Below, one piece after another: positions 28,875-36,234 of a DNA stretch of 64,000 nucleotides (the first letter of the stretch is position 1; each line of letters begins with the position of its first letter). A model generated the notes under the pieces. The model saw only the letters and a program-made list of their open reading frames with translations. It made no database searches and was not told the origin of the DNA. A program made the translations under genes and the position numbers. This DNA comes from Planctomycetota bacterium (GTDB lineage Bacteria > Planctomycetota > PUPC01 > DSUN01): assembly GCA_041320515.1 (NCBI GenBank), contig JBGLNR010000001.1, forward strand, positions 742,201 to 806,200, in the 5' to 3' direction.

Positions 28875-30125
28875 TCAGGCGTAGTGCATGCCGCGCGGGA
28901 CGACGACGATGCCCTTGGTGGTGACGGTGTAGCGGCGCGCATCGGCCTCGGGGTCGAGGCCGATCTGCGTGCCATCGGGGATTTCGACCGCTTTGTCAAC
29001 GATGGCGCGGTGGATGACGCAGCCGCGGCCGATGGTGCAGTCGTCCATGATGATGGATTCGGTGACGCGGGCGCCTTCCTCGACGCGGACGTTTGGGGAG
29101 AGGACGGAGCGCTCGACGTGGCCGCCGCTGACGATGCAGCCTGGGCTCATAAGGGAGTTGATGGCGAGGCCGTGGCGGCCGCCGGGGCCTTCCTCGTTGA
29201 AGACGGTCTTGGCCGGGGGATACTGGAGCGGGGCGGCGCGAATGGGCCAGTCGGCATCGTAGAGGTTGAACAGGGGATCCACCTCCACGAGGTCCATATT
29301 CGCCTCCCAATAGGCGTCGCGGGTGCCGATGTCGCGCCAGTACTTCTGCGGCTTGCGGTTCTCGTCCTTGAAGTCGTGGGCGTAGACGGCGCGTTGCTTG
29401 ATCATGCGGGGGATGATGTTTCTGCCGAAGTCGCGCTCGGTCTCAGGGGAGGTCTTGAAGTTCTCGGCGACCTGGCGGACGAGTTCGGGGGTGTTGAAGA
29501 GGTAGACGCCCATCGAGGCGAGGCAGAGGTCGGGCGAGCCTGGGATGGCGGGCGCGTTGGGGTCCTTCTCGCGGAAGTCCACGATGCGGGCGTCGCGGTC
29601 CACGACGGCGACGCCGAGTCGGGCCGCTTCCTCCCTGGGCACTGGGATGCAGGCGATGGTGAGGTCGGCGCTCTTCTCGAGGTGGAAGTCGAGCATGGCG
29701 CGGTAGTTCATCTTGTAGATGTGGTCGCCGGCGAGGACGAAGGTGAGGTGGGGGCGCTCCTGCTCGAGGGTGTAGATGTTCTGGTAGATGGCGTCGGCGG
29801 TGCCGAGGTACCAGGAGGTGCCGGTGCGCTGCTGGGGGGGGATGCAGCGGATGAACTCGCCAAGCTCGTGGCTCAGGATGTCCCAGCCGAAGTGGACGTG
29901 GTAATCGAGGGAGCTGCTCTTGTACTGTGTGAGGACGAAGACGCGGCGGAGGCCTGAGTTGACGCAGTTGGAGAGGGTGAAATCGATGATGCGGTAGATG
30001 CCGCCGAAGGGGACGGCGGGCTTGGCCCTGTCGCGGGTGAGGGGGTGGAGGCGCTCGCCCTGGCCGCCGGCGAGGATCATGGCGATGACCTTCAGGCGCG
30101 GGCCGTGGGAGGTGGCGATGGACAT
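28875..30125 (-). CDS. glgC: glucose-1-phosphate adenylyltransferase
   Basis: ILAGGQGERLHPLTRDRAKPAVPFGG motif and a left-handed beta-helix C-terminus. ATG at 30125. Confidence 0.95.
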   Translation of the reverse strand: MSIATSHGPRLKVIAMILAGGQGERLHPLTRDRAKPAVPFGGIYRIIDFTLSNCVNSGLRRVFVLTQYKSSSLDYHVHFGWDILSHELGEFIRCIPPQQRTGTSWYLGTADAIYQNIYTLEQERPHLTFVLAGDHIYKMNYRAMLDFHLEKSADLTIACIPVPREEAARLGVAVVDRDARIVDFREKDPNAPAIPGSPDLCLASMGVYLFNTPELVRQVAENFKTSPETERDFGRNIIPRMIKQRAVYAHDFKDENRKPQKYWRDIGTRDAYWEANMDLVEVDPLFNLYDADWPIRAAPLQYPPAKTVFNEEGPGGRHGLAINSLMSPGCIVSGGHVERSVLSPNVRVEEGARVTESIIMDDCTIGRGCVIHRAIVDKAVEIPDGTQIGLDPEADARRYTVTTKGIVVVPRGMHYA

Positions 30126-30141
30126 GGGGTGCCTCCGGGGG

Positions 30142-30516
30142 TCAGGGGTTCTTGGCCTTGGAGCGGTTGGCGAGGACGCGGCGGACCTCGGCCCTGAGTT
30201 CGGACTGGTCGGAGGACTTGATGACATAGGCGTCGGCCGCCCAGGCCATGAAGCTCTCGCGGTAGGTGCCGTACGCCGTGTGGAGGATGACGGGGATGCG
30301 GCTGTTCTCGGCCAGGATGCGGCCGAGGGCCTCGATGCCGTCCATCTGCGGCATGGCCACGTCGAGCACCACGAGGTCGGGCGGCCGGGCCTGGACGGCC
30401 TCGAGGGCCTCGGGGCCGCTGCCGGCGACCGCGACCTGGTGTCCGTCCAGGCGCAGCTCCTCGGCGAAGAGGATCTGCTGGTTCTTGTCGTCCTCGACGA
30501 GCAGGATGTTGGCCAT
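30142..30516 (-). CDS. single-domain response regulator (CheY-like receiver)
   Basis: ILLVEDD..., phospho-acceptor context DLVVLDVAMPQMDG, and a conserved K-containing end. Confidence 0.9.
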   Translation of the reverse strand: MANILLVEDDKNQQILFAEELRLDGHQVAVAGSGPEALEAVQARPPDLVVLDVAMPQMDGIEALGRILAENSRIPVILHTAYGTYRESFMAWAADAYVIKSSDQSELRAEVRRVLANRSKAKNP

Positions 30517-30534
30517 AAGCGAGTCTCCTGGGGG

Positions 30535-33255
30535 TTAGGAGTGGGCGTTGTCCTTGGGGATTGGGAGTGTGACGGTGACGGAGCTTCCCGCGCCGGGCTT
30601 GGAGCGGACGATGATGTCTCCGCCGTGGTCCTGGATGATCTTCTGGCAGACGGAGAGGCCGAGGCCGGTGCCGCCCGGCTTGGTGGTGAAGAAGGGCTGG
30701 AACATGCTCTCGAGCACGCTCTCGGTCATGCCCTGGCCAGTGTCGGCGATGGCGATCTCCACGCGGTCACCCAGGGCTCGGGTGAGGACGGTGAGTTCGC
30801 CGCCGTGGGGCATGGATTCGATGGCGTTCTGGTACAGGTTGAGGAGCACCTGGCGCATCTGGTCGGGGTCGAAGCGGAGGATGGGGCAGCGAGGGTCCAG
30901 GCTCTTGTGGAGGATGATCTTGCGCTCGGCGAAGACGTGCTCGTGGAAGGCGCAGAGGGCTTCCACGGACTCGTTGATGTCGCGCTCGCGGCACACCGGG
31001 CTGCCGGGCTTCGTGAAGTTCATCACGTTGGCCAGGATTTGCTCGAGGCGCTCGACCTCTTCGAGGATGATTCGGGCGTTGCGCTCGACCTTGGGCGCGT
31101 CGCCGGGCGCGCGCAGCATGGCGCGGGTGAAGCCGCCGATGGTGGCCAGTGGGTTGCGGATTTCGTGGGCCACGTGGGCGGCCAGGCGGCCCACGACGGC
31201 CAGGCGTTCGGACCGGACAAGCCGGTCGCGCGTCTCCTCGAGTTCGTTGAGCTGTTCCTCGAGGCGCTTGTAGGCGGCCGCGGCGGAGATGGCGAGGCCG
31301 GCCTGGTTCGCATAGGTCTGGAGGACTTGGACCTCGTGCTCGCCGAGCGGGTGGCTGCTGAAGACGTTGTCGGCCAGGATTGCCCCGAGGGCGGTGTCGC
31401 GGGCGATGAGGGGGACGCAGACGAACTGGCGCGCGCCGAGGAGCGAGCGGAGGTGGGGGGTGACGCCGGGGTCGGCCTCGGCATCGGTGACGAGGACGGC
31501 GTGCTGTTCGGTGAGGGCGCGAATCGGGACCTGATTCGTGTCGGAGAGGGGGATGCGGATCTGGCGCGCCAGGTAGCGCATCGCCGTGTCGGTGGACGCG
31601 TGCGGGTGGTCGAAAAGGGCCAGGATGTCGTCGAGCGTCTGCGCGCGCTGGGCCAGCTCGCGCCAGATGTGGGCCGCCTCCTCGGGGGAGGCTGGGCCGA
31701 CGCCGAGGCGGCCTTCGAGCATGGTGCGGTCGTCGTTGACGAGGAGCAGGATGGCGCGGTTGAAGCCGAGGCCGGGGCCGGCCGTGACGCACGTGAGGAC
31801 GAGGTGGAGGAGGCGGTCGAGTTCGACCACCCCCTGCATGACCTCGCTGAGGCGGCGCAGGAGGGCGAGCTGCTCGACGTTGCGCGCGTGCTCGGTGACG
31901 TCGAACGCGAGCATGATGATCTCGCGGACCTGACCCGCGTGGTCGCGGACCGGAGCGAAGATGTGCTCGTAGTGGCGGGGGCCGCGCGAGGGGTCGTGGT
32001 GGACCTGGATGTCGGTGTGAATCTCGCCGGTGTCGAAGGTGGCCTGAGCCATGCACTCGGGACAGGGGGCCGTGGGGTTGGCGTGGACGACGTGGCACTT
32101 CTGCCCGACGACGCTGTGGCCGCCGCCGAACCAGGCGTTGAGGCTCCTGTTGCTCCACAGGATCGTCAGGTCGCGGCCAACCAGGGCGACGCCTGCCCCC
32201 ATGGCCGACACGATGTCGTCGAGTTCCTGCTTCTCGCGGACCGTCTCGTCCACCAGCCGCGTGTTCTCGATGGCCTGGGCCATCAGGTCGGAGAGGGTTT
32301 CGATGGCCATCACGTCAATCTGGTCGAACGCGCCGATCTCGGTGCACTCGACGTTGATGACGCCGGCGGCTTGGCCCGCGAGCTTGATGGGGACGGCGAG
32401 TTCGGCCTTCGACGCCCTCTCGCCCTCGAAGGCGACGACGTAGTGGGGGTCGTGCGCCACGTCGTTGGCCACGACGGTCGCGCAGGCGTCGGCGGCGTAG
32501 CCGACGATGCCGACGCCGAGGGGCTGGCGGTAGCCGATGGCGGAGGCGGCGTGGTAGGCCCCGGCCTGGGCGCTGAGGACCACCTCGCGGGCCGCGCGGT
32601 CCACCATGAAGAGCGAGACGTCGTAGTAGTCGAACTGCTGTTGGATGAGCGTGGCGGTGCGGCTGAGCAGGGTGGGCAGGTCGAAGGTGGCGAGGGCGTG
32701 GCGTGCGACCTGGTTGATGATGGCGAGGTGGTTGGCGCGCTTGCGCTCGGCGGCGAAGAGCTTGGCGTGGTCGAGCGCGATGGCCACCTGCTCGGCCACG
32801 GCGTGGAGCAGCTCCGCCTCGGTGCCGCTGAAGGGGCGCGGCTCGCGGCGGGCGAAGGCCAGCGCGCCCAGCACGCGGTTGGCCGAGACGAGGGGGAGGG
32901 CGATGCACGAGACCACGCCCTCCTCCGCGAGGGGGTGGTCGGCGGGAAAGCGGGGGTCGGCCCGCAGGTCGGCCACGGCGATGGTCTGCCGCGCGCGCGT
33001 GACCTCGCCCAGGATGTGGCCGTCGAGAGGGATGAGGCTGCCGGTGGGCCGCGTGGTGCCGGGGGTGGCCACCGGCACGAGGAGGCGCAGGCGCTCCCCC
33101 GTGCCATCGAGGAGGCCAAGGACCAGGCGGTCGAAGGCGACCAGCCGGCGCGTCTCGCGGGCCACCACGTCGAGGATCTCGCCCAGCTCGAGCGTGGCGT
33201 TGATGATCTTCGAGATCTCGTAGATCCCGCTCAGCCACTCGCGTGTGATAGCCAT
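30535..33255 (-). CDS. multi-sensor (GAF/PAS) histidine kinase
   Basis: ATG at 33255 (MAITREWLSGIYEISK). Repeated GAF-like segments, H-box AHVAHEIRNPL, and HATPase motifs DTGQGM and GTGLGL. Confidence 0.9.
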   Translation of the reverse strand: MAITREWLSGIYEISKIINATLELGEILDVVARETRRLVAFDRLVLGLLDGTGERLRLLVPVATPGTTRPTGSLIPLDGHILGEVTRARQTIAVADLRADPRFPADHPLAEEGVVSCIALPLVSANRVLGALAFARREPRPFSGTEAELLHAVAEQVAIALDHAKLFAAERKRANHLAIINQVARHALATFDLPTLLSRTATLIQQQFDYYDVSLFMVDRAAREVVLSAQAGAYHAASAIGYRQPLGVGIVGYAADACATVVANDVAHDPHYVVAFEGERASKAELAVPIKLAGQAAGVINVECTEIGAFDQIDVMAIETLSDLMAQAIENTRLVDETVREKQELDDIVSAMGAGVALVGRDLTILWSNRSLNAWFGGGHSVVGQKCHVVHANPTAPCPECMAQATFDTGEIHTDIQVHHDPSRGPRHYEHIFAPVRDHAGQVREIIMLAFDVTEHARNVEQLALLRRLSEVMQGVVELDRLLHLVLTCVTAGPGLGFNRAILLLVNDDRTMLEGRLGVGPASPEEAAHIWRELAQRAQTLDDILALFDHPHASTDTAMRYLARQIRIPLSDTNQVPIRALTEQHAVLVTDAEADPGVTPHLRSLLGARQFVCVPLIARDTALGAILADNVFSSHPLGEHEVQVLQTYANQAGLAISAAAAYKRLEEQLNELEETRDRLVRSERLAVVGRLAAHVAHEIRNPLATIGGFTRAMLRAPGDAPKVERNARIILEEVERLEQILANVMNFTKPGSPVCRERDINESVEALCAFHEHVFAERKIILHKSLDPRCPILRFDPDQMRQVLLNLYQNAIESMPHGGELTVLTRALGDRVEIAIADTGQGMTESVLESMFQPFFTTKPGGTGLGLSVCQKIIQDHGGDIIVRSKPGAGSSVTVTLPIPKDNAHS

Positions 33256-33353
33256 CGCGTGTCCATCCAGAAGACGGGGACATTCTGCTCTCCGCCCCCA
33301 AGGGGGGCGCCGAAGGCCGCTTCGCGGGAAAGCAGAATGTCCCCTTTTCGTCG

Positions 33354-34862
33354 TCAGGCGCAGGCGAGCCGGTACAGTTGCTGGTACTCCCGCGCACTCG
33401 CGTCCCACGACCAGTCCTGGGCCATGCCAATCTGCATGAGGCGGCGCCACGCGCGCGGGTTGCTGTAGACGCGCAGGGCGCGCCGGATGCAGTGGAGCAG
33501 GGCCGCCGCCGAGTAGCTCTCGAAGCTGAACCCGTTGGCCGTGCCCTTGGCCAGGCCCGTCGGCGTGCAGTTGGCGATCGTGTCGGCCAGCCCGCCGGTC
33601 CTGCGAACGACCGGCACCGTGCCGTACTTCAGGCTGTAGAGCTGGTTGAGGCCGCACGGCTCGTAGCGCGAGGGCATGAGGAACATGTCGCAGCCCGCCT
33701 CGATCTGGTGGGCGAGGGTGTTGTTGAACGCCAGTTGAATGCTGAAGCGGTCGGGGCACTCCCTGCCCGCGGCGGCCAGGAGGTCCTGAAGCTCGCGGGT
33801 GCCGGTGCCGAGCAGCACGAACTGGAGGTCGAGGCGCGCCAGGTCGGGCAGGATGGCGGCGACGAGGTCGAGGCCCTTCTGGACGTCGAGGCGCGAGATG
33901 AGGCCCAGGAGCGGCACGTCGCGGGCCGGCAGGCCGCACTTCTCCTGGAGCGCCCGCTTGCAGGCGGCCTTGCCCGCCAGTGGTGTCGCATCTTCAATTC
34001 GCACGTGGCCGCTATGTGCCAATTTAAGATGCGACACCGGGCCGTAGTTCGCGGGCAGCAGCGGGTCGGTCGCCGGGTTCCACACAGCGTAGTCAATCCC
34101 GTTGAGGATGCCGTGGAGGTGCTGGGCGCGGCTGGCGAGCACGCCTTCGAGGCCGCAGCCGAGTTCCTGTGTCTGGATCTCGAGCGCGTAGCGCTTCGAC
34201 ACGGTGTTGAGGCGGTCGGCGTGGACGATGCCGCCCTTGAGGAGGTTGAGCTTGCCGTAGAACTCCAGCTCCCGCCAGTTGAAGTGCCCCTCGGGCAGGC
34301 CGGTGAGGGCGAACGCCTCGCGCGGGAACGTGCCCTGGTACGCCAGGTTGTGCAGCGTGAGGAGCGAGCGGGCGTGGGCGTAGAACGGGTCGGCCGCGTG
34401 CGTGGCCTTGAGGTAGACGGGCACCAGGGCCGTCTGCCAGTCGTTGCAGTGATAGACATCGGGCGGCCAGTTGAGCGCCTTGGTGGCTGCCAGCACGGCC
34501 TTGGCGAAGAAGATAAACCTCTCGGCGTTGTCGGGATAGTCCCCGGCCGGCGTGCCGTAGAGCTGCTCGCGGCCGAAGAAGGGAGGGGCGTCCACCAGGT
34601 AGACGGGCACCTCGCTGTCGGGCAGCGTCGTGCGCAGGAGGGGCGCGGCGATGGTGTCGCCGCCGAGGGATACAGAGAGCTGAACGCCGGTGCCCCGCAC
34701 CTGGCCGGCGAACTTCTCGCGCGTCTGGCGGTAGTAGGGGAGGATGAGCGCCACGTCCTCGCCCAATGCCCGAAGGGACTTGGGGACAGCTCCCGCCACG
34801 TCGGCCAGGCCGCCGGTCTTGGCGAAGGGGACGGCTTCCGCGGTCACGAACAGGATTCTCAC
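33354..34862 (-). CDS. glgA: glycogen synthase (ADP-glucose type, GT5)
   Basis: GTG start at 34862 after GGAGG. ILFVTAEAVPFAKTGGLADV (KTGGL motif) and the C-terminal PSRYEPCGLNQLY. Confidence 0.95.
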   Translation of the reverse strand: MRILFVTAEAVPFAKTGGLADVAGAVPKSLRALGEDVALILPYYRQTREKFAGQVRGTGVQLSVSLGGDTIAAPLLRTTLPDSEVPVYLVDAPPFFGREQLYGTPAGDYPDNAERFIFFAKAVLAATKALNWPPDVYHCNDWQTALVPVYLKATHAADPFYAHARSLLTLHNLAYQGTFPREAFALTGLPEGHFNWRELEFYGKLNLLKGGIVHADRLNTVSKRYALEIQTQELGCGLEGVLASRAQHLHGILNGIDYAVWNPATDPLLPANYGPVSHLKLAHSGHVRIEDATPLAGKAACKRALQEKCGLPARDVPLLGLISRLDVQKGLDLVAAILPDLARLDLQFVLLGTGTRELQDLLAAAGRECPDRFSIQLAFNNTLAHQIEAGCDMFLMPSRYEPCGLNQLYSLKYGTVPVVRRTGGLADTIANCTPTGLAKGTANGFSFESYSAAALLHCIRRALRVYSNPRAWRRLMQIGMAQDWSWDASAREYQQLYRLACA

Positions 34863-34890
34863 AATCTGCCTCCGTGGTAATGGACAACGA

Positions 34891-35080
34891 GTGAGGGGTG
34901 ACGAGTGGCGAGTGGCAAGTGGCAAGTGAAAGGGGAGCCGGAACTACACAGCGTGGCCACTCGCTGCGCGCCACAGTGGCGCGCCGTATTCCACTTGCCA
35001 TCCGTCACTTGCCGCTCGGCACTTCGCACTCTCCACTCCTCACTTGTCACTTGTCACTTGTCACTCGTCACTTCTCACTT
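34891..35080. repeat. long imperfect palindrome of GTGACAAGTG / CACTTGTCAC-type tandem motifs
   Basis: Left arm GTGAGGGGTGACGAGTGGCGAGTGGCAAGTGGCAAGTGAAAG. Right arm CACTTGCCATCCGTCACTTGCC...CACTTGTCACTTGTCACTTGTCACTCGTCACTTCTCACTT. A related motif run is at 49125..49165. Confidence 0.9.
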
Positions 35081-35086
35081 CCCCCC

Positions 35087-36085
35087 TCAGGCCTCGGTGG
35101 TGCGGAGGAACTCGGCGGCGGCCTCGGGCGGCACGGGGTTGATGTAGAAGCCCGTGCCCCACTCGAAGCCGGCCACCTTGGTCAGCCGCGGTATGATCTC
35201 GATATGCCAATGGTAGTGCTCGATAGGCCCCACGTCAAACGGGGTGGTATGGATGATGTAGTTGTAGGCGGGCATGCTCAGGGCGTTCTCGATCTTGGAC
35301 AGGGTGGTCTTCAGGCAGCGGGCCAGGGCCTCGGCGTCGTGCCGCGATATGTCCTCGAAGTGCGACATGTGGCGCTTCGGCACGATCCAGGTCTCGAACG
35401 GGAACCGCGCCGCGTAGGGCTCGTAGGCCAGGAAGCTGTCGCTGTCCAGCACCACGCGGTCGCCGTCCTCCAGCTCCTGGCTCACGATGTCGCAGAAGAT
35501 GCAGCGCCCGCGGTAGCCGAGGAAGGTCTTCCCGCCCCGCATCTCGTCCGCCACCGTGCGGGGCACCGTGGGCAGCACGATGATCTGCGAATGCGTGTGG
35601 TCCAGCGACGCGCCCGCCGTCTTCCCGACGTTCTTGAAGACCATGCCGTAGGTGAACCGCACGTCGCGCTTGAGGTCCGCCAGCCGGTCGCGGTAGGCCC
35701 ACAGGACCTCCTGTATCTGCTCGACGCTGAGGGCGGTGAGGGAGACGGCGTGCTGCGGCGTTTCGACGATGACCTCGTGCGCGCCGATGCCGTTCATGCG
35801 GTCGTAGACGCCGACGCCGCGCTTGTCGAGGTTCCCCTCGATCTGGAGGGCTGGGAACTTGTTGGGCACGACGCGCACGCGCCAGCCGGGGCGGTTGGGC
35901 GCCGTGCCGTGGGCACGGTAGGCGATGATCTCGGGCGGCGTCTTGTCCTCGTTCCCCCCGCAGAACGGGCAGAAGGTGGGCGTTGGCTCCTTCGGCTCGA
36001 CCGCGAAGTCGGTCGGCCGTTTCGCGCGTTCCGTGGCGATGATCACCCACCGCCCGATGATCGGGTCCTTGCGAAGCTCCGGCAT
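35087..36085 (-). CDS. galT: GalT-family nucleotidyltransferase (galactose-1-phosphate uridylyltransferase / ADP-glucose phosphorylase-like)
   Basis: ATG at 36085 after AAGGAG. Zinc site CPFCGGNE and active-site SLDHTHSQ (HxHxQ). Confidence 0.85.
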   Translation of the reverse strand: MPELRKDPIIGRWVIIATERAKRPTDFAVEPKEPTPTFCPFCGGNEDKTPPEIIAYRAHGTAPNRPGWRVRVVPNKFPALQIEGNLDKRGVGVYDRMNGIGAHEVIVETPQHAVSLTALSVEQIQEVLWAYRDRLADLKRDVRFTYGMVFKNVGKTAGASLDHTHSQIIVLPTVPRTVADEMRGGKTFLGYRGRCIFCDIVSQELEDGDRVVLDSDSFLAYEPYAARFPFETWIVPKRHMSHFEDISRHDAEALARCLKTTLSKIENALSMPAYNYIIHTTPFDVGPIEHYHWHIEIIPRLTKVAGFEWGTGFYINPVPPEAAAEFLRTTEA

Positions 36086-36106
36086 CAAGTGCTCCTTCGA
36101 AGAAGG

Positions 36107-36231
36107 GTGATTGGATGGTTGGATGGTTGGATGGTTGGATGAATGGATGAATGTCAGGCATCCACCCATCCGTTCATCCACTCATCCGACCATTCACCCA
36201 TCCATTCATCCACTCATCCATTCATCCATTC
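36107..36231. repeat. long imperfect palindrome of GGATGG/TGGATGA-type tandem motifs
   Basis: GATTGGATGGTTGGATGGTTGGATGGTTGGATGAATGGATGAATG ... CATCCACCCATCCGTTCATCCACTCATCC...CATCCATTCATCCACTCATCCATTCATCCATTC. Confidence 0.9.
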
Positions 36232-36234
36232 GGT

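Noticed and set aside
28875-36085. Considered the glgC / response regulator / GAF-PAS kinase / glgA / galT-like block as a novel system.
   Set aside because: The components are standard glycogen metabolism and two-component signalling genes with intact canonical motifs. Only the flanking repeats and the possible GH57 remnant are unusual.
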